Positions 31,995-42,194 of a stretch of 64,000 bases of DNA are shown piece by piece. Below the pieces are notes generated by a model, which did no database searches, was not told the origin of the DNA, and saw only the letters and a program-made list of their open reading frames with translations. This stretch comes from an uncultured Verrucomicrobiae bacterium. GTDB lineage: Bacteria > Verrucomicrobiota > Verrucomicrobiia > Opitutales > JABDGR01. Position 1 is the stretch's first letter, and each line of letters begins with the position of its first letter. The translations under genes and the position numbers were made by a program. The stretch is taken from contig CAVXVB010000002.1 of NCBI GenBank assembly GCA_963765205.1, positions 150,635 through 214,634 on the forward strand, written 5' to 3'.

Positions 31995-32849
31995 TTATTT
32001 CCCACTCACGGCGTGTTCCTCGCCCCAGCGGAGTTTGTCGCGCAGGATGGCGAAGTGCGAATGGCCGGGTGGCTGGAGCAGCGCGAGCGTGCGTTCGTCG
32101 AGGGTGACTTCAAGGGGCCAGACCTCGCCACCTTGAAAGCAGGGCTGCCCATCGCAGGATACGACGGGGTGAGTGTCCTCGTCCAGGCCACGGACTTCGA
32201 GCCGGGTGTCTTCGGCGAAAATCACCGAGCGGTTGGTCAGTGTATGAGGGCAGATGGGCGTGAGGGCCAGCACGCGCGCGTGCGGATGGATGAGTGGGCC
32301 GCCGGCGGACAGGTTGTAGGCGGTCGAACCGGTCGGCGTCGCAAAAATCAGGCCGTCGGCATGGTATTCGTTGACCACTTTGCCGTCGGACATGACCTCG
32401 AGCGAGATGAGGCGCGAGAGGCTGGGGTGCTTCAACACGATGTCGTTGAGCGCGAGCGCCGTGCGCCCGTCCCCCGTGCGCGCGCGCAGCAGGGTGCGGC
32501 GCGCGAGATGGTAGTCGCCCGCGAGCAGACGCGCGAAAATCACCGGGGCCTCCTGCACGGGAATGGTCGCCAAAAAACCCAGCTTGCCGCGGTTGATGCC
32601 GAAGACGGGAACTTGCGCCGCGACCGCCTCGCCCACCACGCTCAAAATCGTGCCGTCGCCGCCGAGCACGCAGCAGGCGTCCTGGTTTTTCAGGAAACCC
32701 GCGGGGATGGGAAATTGGTCCGTCAGGGCAACTTTAACTTTTTGGGCGCGCGCAATCTTCGCCAACTCGGCGGCCAGTTCGGCCGCGCCGGGTTTGGCGC
32801 GGTTGACGACGAAGGCCAGGCGGCGCAGCGGCGGCGAAGAGGCGGGCAT
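31995..32849 (-). CDS. nadK: NAD(+) kinase
   Basis: LGGDGT, GKLGFL, ALND, DGLIFATPTGSTAYNLSAGG. Confidence 0.95.
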   Translation of the reverse strand: MPASSPPLRRLAFVVNRAKPGAAELAAELAKIARAQKVKVALTDQFPIPAGFLKNQDACCVLGGDGTILSVVGEAVAAQVPVFGINRGKLGFLATIPVQEAPVIFARLLAGDYHLARRTLLRARTGDGRTALALNDIVLKHPSLSRLISLEVMSDGKVVNEYHADGLIFATPTGSTAYNLSAGGPLIHPHARVLALTPICPHTLTNRSVIFAEDTRLEVRGLDEDTHPVVSCDGQPCFQGGEVWPLEVTLDERTLALLQPPGHSHFAILRDKLRWGEEHAVSGK

Positions 32850-32904
32850 AAGAAAATTCAATCCTACCCGGATGGAAAAGGGAAGCGTGGAATGAGCGTG
32901 AATG

Positions 32905-33046
32905 GTGAAGTGTGAAGTGTGGAGTGTGAAGTGTGGAACTGGAGCGTCAGACAGCTTGGAAGTTTGACGGTGAACAAGCTTTAATAGTTCAGAGAGAACC
33001 GCTTACTCGGTGGTTTCAACTTCACACTTCACACTCCACATTTCAC
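32905..33046. repeat. Imperfect hairpin of 7-nt units (GTGAAGT) between tlyA and nadK
   Basis: GTGAAGT GTGAAGT GTGGAGT GTGAAGT GTGGAAC versus ACTTCAC ACTTCAC ACTCCAC ATTTCAC; ~80-nt loop; the right arm contains the tlyA stop. Confidence 0.85.
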
Positions 33047-33837
33047 GCTTTTTTCTCCAGCCCCACCAAAAACTCCACGTTGCCGTCGCCGCCGCGCAGG
33101 GGTGACTCCAGTTCGCCGAAAATTGTGGCGCCGGGCAGTTCGGTTAGGCAGAATGATTGGATATTTGTTAATATTCGTTGATGAATGGCGGGGTCGCGGA
33201 TGATGCCGCGCCCCGCGGAGGCCTCGCTTTTCGTCGCCTCAAACTGCGGCTTGACCAGCGCGACCAGCCGGCCGCCGGGCCGCACCCGCGCCCACGCGGC
33301 GGGCAGCACTTTGGTGAGCGAAATGAACGATACGTCCACCACCACCAAGTCGTAAACCGCGCGGGGCAACGGGATGTTTTCCAAATGCCGTGCGTTGATT
33401 TTTTCCAGGCTGGTCACGCGCGGGTCGGCGCGCAATTTGGCGTGCAACTGCCCGTGGCCGACTTCCACGCACGTCACATCCATGGCGCCGCGCTGCAGCA
33501 GGCAGTCGGTGAACCCGCCGGTCGAAGCGCCAATATCCAGTGCGTGCAGGCCGGTCACCTCGAGCGCAAACTGGGACAAAAAGGCCGCCAGTTTTTCACC
33601 GCCCCGGCTAACGAAAGGCGGCGGCTGGGCAACCGTAAGTGAAGCGTCGGCTGGCAAAAGCTGCCCCGGCTTGGCCACCATGGTGTCGGGGCCGCGGCGT
33701 ACTTGGCCGGCAAGGATCAAGGCTTGCGCTTTGGTTCGGGAATCGGCCAATCCGCGATCAACCAAGAGTTGGTCAGCCCGACGGCGGTTTGGCCTGGGTT
33801 GGGAGATGCTTTTGCCTGCGGAACTCAATTTTGGCAA
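33043..33837 (-). CDS. tlyA: TlyA-family rRNA 2'-O-methyltransferase
   Basis: S4 domain, [40 protein letters not shown]. Start approximate. Confidence 0.93.
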   Translation of the reverse strand: MPKLSSAGKSISQPRPNRRRADQLLVDRGLADSRTKAQALILAGQVRRGPDTMVAKPGQLLPADASLTVAQPPPFVSRGGEKLAAFLSQFALEVTGLHALDIGASTGGFTDCLLQRGAMDVTCVEVGHGQLHAKLRADPRVTSLEKINARHLENIPLPRAVYDLVVVDVSFISLTKVLPAAWARVRPGGRLVALVKPQFEATKSEASAGRGIIRDPAIHQRILTNIQSFCLTELPGATIFGELESPLRGGDGNVEFLVGLEKKA

Positions 33838-33902
33838 TATAAGTGTTCAAAAAGTCACCTAAAAAAGGTGAAAATTTCGAAAAAAAAGTTAAGCGAAAAA
33901 CG

Positions 33903-33943
33903 TTGACGTGGGGTATAGTAGAGAATTATGGGTCATTGTGGGG
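33903..33943 (+). promoter_or_regulatory. dcw promoter region with MraZ-binding repeats
   Basis: TTGACG at 33903, then GTGGGG / GTAGAG / ATGGGT / GTGGGG at 33908, 33918, 33928, 33938 (exact 10-bp period). Confidence 0.7.
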
Positions 33944-33971
33944 CAAATAGTAGCCCCTTTTGCCGCTCCTT

Positions 33972-34463
33972 ATGCCTCCGCCCAACAACGAGACTCCTGT
34001 CGACCCGGTTGTCGGCTCTTTCGTAGGCACGTATCGACATACGCTCGATGCGAAGGGTCGCCTGACAATTCCGGCCCGCTGGCGCTTCGAAGGCGACCAG
34101 GAAACGAGGACGTTCCTGGCTTTGCCCAACCCGGACGGAAGCATTACTGTCTATCCGCCGGAAATGACGGCGCGGGTGCGGACGCTGATCCGGGCCAGCG
34201 GCGGTCCCATGGGCAACCCGAAGGAAACCGACGCGCTCGGCAAAATCATGGCCAGCGGAGATCAATTCGGCTGTGACGCGCAGGGGCGGATTGTCCTGGC
34301 CGAGAAACTCCGCAAATACGCCGGGCTGACCAAGGAGGTCGTGCTGGTCGGCCGCTTGGAGACCTTTTCCCTGTGGGCGCCGGAACTGTGCCCGGTGCCG
34401 CCGGAAATCACGCGCGAAACCCTCGCGCTGGATCCCGCCATCGTCAAAAGCCTCGGACTGTAG
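33972..34463 (+). CDS. mraZ: Transcriptional regulator MraZ
   Basis: HTLDAKGRLTIP and DAQGRIVL motifs; first gene of the dcw cluster. Confidence 0.93.
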   Translation: MPPPNNETPVDPVVGSFVGTYRHTLDAKGRLTIPARWRFEGDQETRTFLALPNPDGSITVYPPEMTARVRTLIRASGGPMGNPKETDALGKIMASGDQFGCDAQGRIVLAEKLRKYAGLTKEVVLVGRLETFSLWAPELCPVPPEITRETLALDPAIVKSLGL

Positions 34464-34541
34464 GCGCGCGGCGCCCCGCTGTGCTTGGGCCATCATTTCC
34501 CCACTATACACCAAATTTCCCAAACCTAAACCAAAAAAACC

Positions 34542-34745
34542 ATGAGCCACTCGCGACATGACTTCGCCCATCGCTTCCTGCAGCGCCCATTGCGCGGCGA
34601 TGCGGAGCCTTGGCAATATGTGGGCGTTTCCGTGCCCACGCGCGCCTTGTTCGACCCGGCCTCCAGCCGGATGCGCCACCGTCCTTCCCTCAAAGTCAAT
34701 GCCGCCGGCTGGCGGACGCTGCTCAATGTATTGCGGATTAGATAG
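34542..34745 (+). CDS. Small basic hypothetical protein between mraZ and rsmH
   Basis: 67-aa ORF with an A/C-rich unstructured leader, filling the intergenic gap on the operon strand. Confidence 0.45.
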   Translation: MSHSRHDFAHRFLQRPLRGDAEPWQYVGVSVPTRALFDPASSRMRHRPSLKVNAAGWRTLLNVLRIR

Positions 34746-34749
34746 CGCC

Positions 34750-35764
34750 GTGCGCTCGCGCAAGGAGGAACCGGGTTCGGCGGCGCCGAACGCCGGCTCG
34801 CTTGGGCTGCCTGCCACGGGCGAGCCGGTCTTCAGCCATACGCCCGTACTAGTGGCCGAGGTGCTGTCCCTGCTCCAGCAAAATCAGGCGGAAGGTTCGC
34901 CAAATTATTTAGATTGTACCTTTGGAGGTGGCGGGCACACAAAGGCACTCCTGGAATCCGACCCCATGGCGCACGTCACGGCCCTCGACCGCGATCCCGC
35001 CGCGCAAGTACGGGCGGCGGTGCTTGCCACGCAATTCCCAGGTCGGCTGGAATTTCACGATATGCCTTTTTCCCGGATGGATGAACTGAACGAAACCAGA
35101 TACGCCGGGGTCCTGATTCGACCTCGGCGTGTCGTCTTTCCAACTAGACGAGGCGGCGCGCGGGTTTTCCTTCCGCTACGCCGGCCCGGCGGATATGCGC
35201 CTCGACCCGCGGTCGGGGATTCCCGCGGCCCAATTTCTCGAAGAGGCCACCCGGGAGGAACTCGTTGCCGCCGTGCGCAACGCCGGCGAAGAGCCGCGCT
35301 GGCGGCGGGTCGTCGAGGCCATCCTGCGTTCGCGCGGCACCGGTCTGCTGGCGCGCACGGACACCCTGGCGGGCGTGGTGGCTGCCGCAGTGGGCGGCCC
35401 ACCGACCCGGCTCCACCCCGCCACCCGCACCTTTCAGGGCCTGCGCATCACGTTGAACACCGAACTGGACGAGTTGGCGGCGGCCCTGCCCAAAGCGGTG
35501 GAACGGCTGGCGCCAGGTGGCGTGCTTGCCATCATCAGCTTTCACTCCCTCGAGGACCGTATCGCCAAGCGATTCCTCAACCGCCTCTGCGGCCGCGCCG
35601 AGCACGAGCACGATGCCACGCCGGCGCAACTGCGCACGGCCCGCGCGGAGCTGCTCACCCGCCGCCCCCTGGCGGCGGGCGAGGCGGAAGCAGCCGCAAA
35701 CCCCCGCAGCCGGTCGGCCCGCTTGCGCGCGGCGCGGATGCTGCGCGCCACCCTGCGCGGCTAA
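34750..35764 (+). CDS. rsmH: 16S rRNA m4C1402 methyltransferase (apparent 1-nt insertion at 35116-35119)
   Basis: [55 protein letters not shown]. Start approximate. Confidence 0.93.
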
Positions 35765-35841
35765 ACCCGATTTTTTGAGGCTTCCAATATCACAATAAGA
35801 CATCAAGAAACTTTATTATTTAACCTAAATTATCCAATCCC

Positions 35842-36241
35842 ATGCGCGAAAATACCTCCTGCTGGCTCCGGGCCCTGACCGCCGCCTTGTTTCTATTGCT
35901 GCTGGCCGGCGCGGCCGGCGCGGCGCTGACCATTGTGCGCCTTCGCGAGGAAGTCAGCCATCTGGCCGCGGCGACCACCCAACTGCAGGCCACCGCGGGC
36001 GAGACCACTCGGCTGCTCCAGGAAATGGGCGCCGCGGTGGCGGCAGCCCAACAGCCCGAGGTGCTCCGCGCGCGTCGTCGGCAACCGGCTCGCTCCGATG
36101 AGCGAAAAGCAAATTGTCTGGGTCCGCGCCACGGGCACCACCGCCCACCCCGAGGCGGCCACGCCACCGCCCGCGCCGACGCTTTCCTTTCCCCGCATAG
36201 CCACACTTGAACCGGCCACCGGGCCGGGAGTTTTACGATGA
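35842..36241 (+). CDS. ftsL: FtsL-like cell division protein (apparent 1-nt insertion at 36073-36076)
   Basis: One TM plus coiled coil between rsmH and ftsI; the corrected frame ends in an ATGA overlap with ftsI. Confidence 0.65.
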
Positions 36242-38059
36242 GTCGCGCCTTTGTCTCCCCTTATCGCCTCGGCACGATGACGTTCGTCATCGTGGCGGGC
36301 TTTGCCACGGTGTTTGGCCGGCTGGTGGACTTGCATGTGCTGCAGCGGCCCAAGCTGCTCGAGGTGGCAAAGCACGAGCGCGAAAAGGTGGACCTGCTCT
36401 ACTCGCGCCGCGGCGACATTGTGGACCGGCTGGACAACCCGTTGGCGACATCTCGCACGGTGATGGAAGTTGGCGTGGACCCTTCGGTGGTTGAATTATC
36501 CGACCAGGCCAGGGCGAAGTGGCCTGCGCTGGCGCAGCTCCTCGGCGTGCCGGAGGCGGACCTCGAAAAGGCCTTCACCACCCAGTTCCAAGAGGTGAAC
36601 TCGGACGAGGGAACGGAGCACCAGGCCATTCGTTGGAAGGTATTGAATCCCGGCCTCGAACCATCGGCTTATGAGCAGGTGCAGGCGCTGAAAATCAAAG
36701 GGGTTTACGGCAACCTCAAATACGATCGCATTTACCCGGACGGCCAGCTGGCCGCGCATGTGCTGGGCTATTTGGACAAGGATGGCGCGCCCCAATCCGG
36801 CATCGAGGCGGCCATGAATTTTTATCTCCGCGGTCAGGACGGCTGGCGGGAAACCGAGCAAGACGGCCACCACCGCGAGTTGGAACAATACAGCCGCGAG
36901 GTCAAACCCGCGGATGGCCTCAAGGTCGAGCTGACCATTGATTTGCGCCTCCAAGATTACGCGGAGCAGGAGGTGGACCGCCTGGTCAAGCAATACCAAC
37001 CGCTGGGCGTGACCATCATCATGAGCGAGCCATCCTCGGGCGAAATTCTCGCGCTGGCCAATTACCCGACCTACGACCCGAACCATTATAGTGACTACCC
37101 GCTGGTGAATCTCAAAAACCGCGCGCTCAGCGATGTTTACGAACCCGGCTCGACCTTTAAGATCGTGACCGCCGCGGCGGCGCTTAATGAAGGCGTCGGT
37201 CCAACCCTCGGACACCTTTGACTGCTCGAAGGCGACTATTGATGTGAACGGCCGCACGCTCACGCTGCCCCACGATGATGAGCCGAATGGCATCCTGACG
37301 GTTGATCAAATTGTGGCGCGCTCCTCCAACCGCGGTGCGGCGAACATCGGCGTGTTGCTGGGTCCGACGCGGCTGCACGACTACGCGGCTGCCTTTGGTT
37401 TCGGCCAGACGACGAACTTCGGCCTGGCGGGCGAATCGCGCGGGGAGTTGCACTCCATCCGGGATTTCGACCTCGACAAATTGTTGATTACCCGCGTGCC
37501 GATGGGACAAGGGGTGGACGCCACCGCGCTGCAAGTCCACCAGGCTATGTCGGTCGTGGCCAACCACGGGGTGCTGATGGAACCGCACATTGTCCGTAGG
37601 ATCATGGACGCCAATAAAGCGACCGTGGTGGAATTCGACCCTAAAGCGGTGCGGCGCGTTATCACCAACAACACGGCGGATACGCTCAACACCATGCTTT
37701 GCGAGGTGGTCAAGGAAGGCACCGCGACGCGCGCGAGCCTGGGTGATATCACCGTGGCGGGCAAAACTGGCACGACGCAGAAACTCGTGGATGGCAAGTA
37801 TTCGACCGACCACCACGTATCAACCTTTTCCGGCTACCTGCCCGCCGAGCTGCCGCGCCTGGTCATCACCGTGATTGTGGATGACGCGAAAATGAAAGGC
37901 AACGCGACCGCCTATGGCGGCATCGTTTCCGCCGCGGCCTTCAAGCAGTTGGCCACGGACGCTGTGAATTACCTGGGCATCCAGCCCTACACCCAGCCCG
38001 GCGCCGGGCGCAATAACCTTGTCGCAATGAAAGGAGACAATCTTGATTGGTTTCGCTGA
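36238..38059 (+). CDS. ftsI: Class B penicillin-binding protein FtsI/PBP3 (apparent 1-nt insertion at 37195-37198)
   Basis: RRGDIVDR, RIYP, YEPGSTFK (SxxK), SSN, KTGT. Confidence 0.93.
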
Positions 38060-39641
38060 TCTGGAGAACAGACTCGGTGCCAGCCCCTTCCTGCTGGCCG
38101 CGCGACTCGCGGCCCGGGCGGAGAGCGAACGCCGCGGTCGCGCCTGCATGGACCACACGCTGAAACATTTGCTCGCCGGCACCACGGTGCTGGCCTGGCG
38201 CGGCGATGCCGACCGCACCGTCACCAGCCTGGTGACGGACAGCCGCCGGGTGGTGCCGGGCGCGCTCTTTTTCGCGCTCGAAGGCACGCGGGTTAACGGC
38301 GCGGACTTTGTCGAGGAGGCGGTGGGCCGCGGCGCGGTCGCCGTGGTGTCCGCGCGCGCGCCCTCGAAGCATTTGCCCGTCGTGTGGGCGCAAGTGCTCA
38401 ATGTGCGCGTGGCCATGGCTGAAATCGCGCGGCGCTTTTACCGCAACCCGGACGAGGACATGTTCATCACTGGCGTCACCGGCACCAACGGCAAGACGAC
38501 AGTTTCGATGATGGCGCAATTCCTGTTGCGCGAGCCGGACGCGCTCTGCGGCCTGATCGGCACGGTGCGTTATGAAGTCGGCCCCCGCACGCTGCCCTCC
38601 TACAAAACGACGCCGGAGTCGGTGGATCTGTTCGCGCTGTTCGATCAGATGCGCGAGGCGGGTTGCACGGCCTGCGCGATGGAAGTCAGCTCCCACGCGC
38701 TGGCGCAGGCGCGCGTGCATGGGGTGCGCTTTGACGCGGTGGGCTTCACGAATTTGACGCAGGACCACCTCGACTACCACGAGACGCTGGATAATTATTT
38801 CAACGCGAAGGCGCAATTGTTCACGGGTGAGAGCGGCCACCAGGCGGGCGTGGCCGTAATTAATGTGGACGACCCGTATGGCCGCGTGCTCGTCGAGCGT
38901 CTGCCAGCGGGGGTCGAGGCGGTGACTTACGGATTCTCCGCGTCGGCCAGCCTGCGTGCGGTCAACGTGGTGCTTTCGCCCGGCGGCAGCCAGTGCGAAG
39001 TCGAGTGGGCGGGCGGGCGGGCGCGCCTCCACCTCGGCCTGCCGGGCCGCTATAATATATTGAATGCCTTGTGCGCCCTCGGACTGGCCCGCGCGGCGGG
39101 GCGCGATTTGAATTTGCTCGTGCCGCGGCTGGCGCGCTTCCCGGGCGTGCCGGGCCGCATGGAAAAAATCGAGGCCGGCCAACCCTTCCAAGTCTTGGTG
39201 GATTATGCACACACGGACGACGCCCTCAGCCACGCGCTCACCATGTTGCGCGACGTGTGCGCCGGGCGTTTGCTCGTCGTCTTCGGCTGCGGCGGCAACC
39301 GCGACCGGGCCAAGCGCCCGCGCATGATGGCGGCCGTCCAGCGCTGGGCCGATTTTGCCTGGGCCACCGCTGACAACCCGCGCAAAGAGCCGCTGGCGCA
39401 GATTTTCACCGACATGCGCGCGGGCGTCACCGCGCCGACCCGCGTGCGCTTCGTGGACGACCGCCGCCGCGCCATCGCACTCGCGCTCGAGGATGCCAAG
39501 CCCGGCGACTGCGTGCTCATCGCCGGCAAGGGCCATGAGACTTACCAGGAATTTGCCGACACCGTCGTGCCGTTCGACGACCGCCAGGCCGCCCGTGAAT
39601 TGCTCAACTGGCGCTACGGCGCGCCTCCCGCCCGCTCGTGA
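38043..39641 (+). CDS. murE: UDP-MurNAc-tripeptide synthetase (meso-DAP type)
   Basis: GVTGTNGKTT, TTPES, MEVSSH, DHLDYH, DYAHT, DNPR, GKGHE; AAAGGAGA before TTG 38043 (alternative ATG 38148). Confidence 0.96.
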   Translation: MIGFADLENRLGASPFLLAARLAARAESERRGRACMDHTLKHLLAGTTVLAWRGDADRTVTSLVTDSRRVVPGALFFALEGTRVNGADFVEEAVGRGAVAVVSARAPSKHLPVVWAQVLNVRVAMAEIARRFYRNPDEDMFITGVTGTNGKTTVSMMAQFLLREPDALCGLIGTVRYEVGPRTLPSYKTTPESVDLFALFDQMREAGCTACAMEVSSHALAQARVHGVRFDAVGFTNLTQDHLDYHETLDNYFNAKAQLFTGESGHQAGVAVINVDDPYGRVLVERLPAGVEAVTYGFSASASLRAVNVVLSPGGSQCEVEWAGGRARLHLGLPGRYNILNALCALGLARAAGRDLNLLVPRLARFPGVPGRMEKIEAGQPFQVLVDYAHTDDALSHALTMLRDVCAGRLLVVFGCGGNRDRAKRPRMMAAVQRWADFAWATADNPRKEPLAQIFTDMRAGVTAPTRVRFVDDRRRAIALALEDAKPGDCVLIAGKGHETYQEFADTVVPFDDRQAARELLNWRYGAPPARS

Positions 39642-41077
39642 AACTGATGCCGACCTTCGCTCGCGCCATGCCCCTCTATAACCCAGCCGATCTGGCCGCC
39701 TGGACCGGCGGCGCGTGGCGCGGCCCCCTTCCGGGGCCGGCGCTGGGCCCGCTCGTCGCCGACACGCGGCGGCTGCGTCCGGGGGAAATTTTTGTCGCGC
39801 TGCGCACCGCGAAACGCGACGGCCACGATTTTCTGGAAGCCGCGCGCGCGGCGGGCGCGGGTGGGGCCCTCGTCGCGCGGGTGGATGAAAAAATTAAGTT
39901 TCCGCAGTTGCTGGTGGCTGACCCGGCGGCGGCGTGGCGCGCGGTGGCCGCCGCGCACCGGAAGAATTTCCCCGCCCCGATTGTGGGCGTGACGGGCAGC
40001 GCGGGCAAAACTTCGACCAAAGAATTATTGCGCGGCCTGCTCGGCCCCGCCGTCCACGCCACGCAGGCCAATGAAAACAATTTGTTCGGCGTGCCGCTGA
40101 CGCTCTGCGGGCTGGATCCGGTCGCCCATCGCTTCGGCGTCATCGAAGCCGGCATCAGCGAACGCGGCGAGATGGCGGAACTCGCGAAGATGATCCAACC
40201 CGACATCGCGGTCATCACGCTCGTGGCGGCGGCGCATTTGGAAAAACTCGGCTCCATCGAAGGCGTCGCGCATGAAAAGGCGCGGCTGGCGCAGGCCGTG
40301 CGCCCCGGCGGTTGGGTGGTGATGCCCGCGTCGTGCCTCGAGTATTACGTTTTTCGGCGTCTCCCCGTGCAAGCCGCGGTGGTGGCGCCAGCGGACGGTC
40401 CGGCCCCGGTCGGCCCGTCCGCACGGCTTTTTCTGTATCGCACGGAATTCCAGCCACGCACGGGCTGGCGGCTCGAAGTGTTCGAAACCGGTGGCGATGC
40501 GCAGTCGTGGAATTTGCCGCCGGCGATGACGCCCGGCTTGGCGGCCAATGCGGCACTGGCGGTGGTGACGGCGCATTTGCTCGGCGTGGCCGACGAGAAG
40601 ATGCAGGCCGCGCTGGCGGCCTGGCAGCCGGCGCCGTTGCGCGGAGAATGGCTGCACCACGGCCAAAATATTTATCTGGCCGACTGCTACAATGCCAATC
40701 CCGCATCGCTGGCGGACGCGCTCGCGGGCTTCGCATTGCGCGCGCCGGCGGATCTCCCGCGACTGTATGTCCTCGGCAGCATGGCCGAACTGGGACCGAA
40801 CGCGCCCGCGCTGCACCGTATGGCGCTGGCCGGCCTGCGCCTGCGTGCACAAGATCGCGCGCTGCTCCTCGGCCCCCACGCGGAGGATTACCGCACGGCG
40901 CTGCTGGCCACCGGCCACGCGGTGGGGCAAATCGGCGTCGGATCACTAGAAGAAGCGGAGGCCGAGGTCACGAACTTTTCCGGTGCCGTGTTTTTGAAAG
41001 GCAGCCGCGCCTATGCGCTGGAGCAGTTGTTGCCGCAATCATTGCGCGAGGGCAGGGAGGCCCACGTCCCATGCTGA
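39638..41077 (+). CDS. murF: UDP-MurNAc-pentapeptide synthetase
   Basis: TGSAGKTSTKE, NNLFGVPLT, DCYNANPAS, LKGSR. Confidence 0.95.
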   Translation: MKLMPTFARAMPLYNPADLAAWTGGAWRGPLPGPALGPLVADTRRLRPGEIFVALRTAKRDGHDFLEAARAAGAGGALVARVDEKIKFPQLLVADPAAAWRAVAAAHRKNFPAPIVGVTGSAGKTSTKELLRGLLGPAVHATQANENNLFGVPLTLCGLDPVAHRFGVIEAGISERGEMAELAKMIQPDIAVITLVAAAHLEKLGSIEGVAHEKARLAQAVRPGGWVVMPASCLEYYVFRRLPVQAAVVAPADGPAPVGPSARLFLYRTEFQPRTGWRLEVFETGGDAQSWNLPPAMTPGLAANAALAVVTAHLLGVADEKMQAALAAWQPAPLRGEWLHHGQNIYLADCYNANPASLADALAGFALRAPADLPRLYVLGSMAELGPNAPALHRMALAGLRLRAQDRALLLGPHAEDYRTALLATGHAVGQIGVGSLEEAEAEVTNFSGAVFLKGSRAYALEQLLPQSLREGREAHVPC

Positions 41078-42174
41078 CCTGGCTGGCCGATTACGAAAAA
41101 TACTGGGGGCCGCTGCGCCTGTTCCGCTACGAGACTTTTCGCGGCCTGGGCGGCGCGGCCACGGCCTTGCTCCTGGGCTTCATTTTTGCGCCGTGGATGT
41201 TCGCAAAGTTGCGCTCACTCAAAGCCAGCCAGGCCTTCCGGCAGGCGGACGAGCTGGGCGTGCTCACCGCGCGCCACAATGCCAAATCGGGCACGCCGAC
41301 GATGGGCGGACTGCTAATTTACGCGGTGGTGACGGCCAGCGTGCTGCTCTGGGCGCGGCTGAATCTTTACGTCATGGTTTGCCTGCTGGTGTTCAGCGGG
41401 TTGGCAGCCATTGGTTTTGCGGATGATTATTTAAAAGTAACCAAAAAGAACAGCAAAGGGTTGTCCAGCCGCTGGAAGCTCGCCGGGCAGGCCGTGTTGA
41501 CTTTGGTTGCGATTGCGCTGCTGTTTTCCAACTCGGACACGAACCATGCCATGAGCGAATTGCGCGCGCCATTTCTGAAGTCGCCGTTGATTCCGGATAT
41601 GCCACTGTGGTTTGTCGCGCCGTTTTTCTTCCTGGTGATGGCCGGTTCAAGCAACGCCATCAACCTGACTGATGGAATGGACGGTCTGGCCATCGGCTGC
41701 ACGATCACGGTCGCGCTGGTTTACGCCATTTTCGCCTATTGCGCGGGTAACGTGCGCATCGCCGACTATCTTAACATCGCCTATGTGCCCGGCGTGGGTG
41801 AGCTGGCCATCGTGTGCGCGGCGCTGGTGGGCGGCGGGCTGGCGTTTCTTTGGCACAACGCGCCGCCGGCCTCGGTGTTCATGGGCGACACCGGCTCGCT
41901 GGCGCTGGGCGGCATCATCGGCGCGGTGGCCTTCATGACCCAGCAGCCGCTCACCCTGGTCATCGTCGGCGGGATCTTCGTGATGGAGGCCGGGTCGGTG
42001 CTGTTGCAAGTGGCTTCCTACAAATTGCGCGGTGGCAAGCGCATCTTTCTGATGTCCCCGCTGCACCATCATTTTGAAATGCTCGGCTGGCCGGAATCGA
42101 AGCTCGTCATCCGCTTTTGGATTTTATCCGTGCTGTTCGCGCTGGCCGGTTTGGGCACGTTGAAACTGCGCTAA
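41071..42174 (+). CDS. mraY: Phospho-N-acetylmuramoyl-pentapeptide transferase
   Basis: KSGTPTMGG, DDY, NLTDGMDG, FMGDTGS, PLHHHFE. Confidence 0.97.
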   Translation: MLTWLADYEKYWGPLRLFRYETFRGLGGAATALLLGFIFAPWMFAKLRSLKASQAFRQADELGVLTARHNAKSGTPTMGGLLIYAVVTASVLLWARLNLYVMVCLLVFSGLAAIGFADDYLKVTKKNSKGLSSRWKLAGQAVLTLVAIALLFSNSDTNHAMSELRAPFLKSPLIPDMPLWFVAPFFFLVMAGSSNAINLTDGMDGLAIGCTITVALVYAIFAYCAGNVRIADYLNIAYVPGVGELAIVCAALVGGGLAFLWHNAPPASVFMGDTGSLALGGIIGAVAFMTQQPLTLVIVGGIFVMEAGSVLLQVASYKLRGGKRIFLMSPLHHHFEMLGWPESKLVIRFWILSVLFALAGLGTLKLR

Positions 42175-42194
42175 AAACTGTTTTATCATTCGCC

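Noticed and set aside
26827-33046. Short periodic repeats as a CRISPR array
   Set aside because: Units are 7-9 nt, contiguous and inverted, with no spacers and no cas genes in the window.
40312-41070. 620-aa MraY with a long N-terminal extension (and similar extensions on hemA, murD, AI-2E)
   Set aside because: The extensions overlap upstream genes in another frame; family similarity begins at the downstream ATG.
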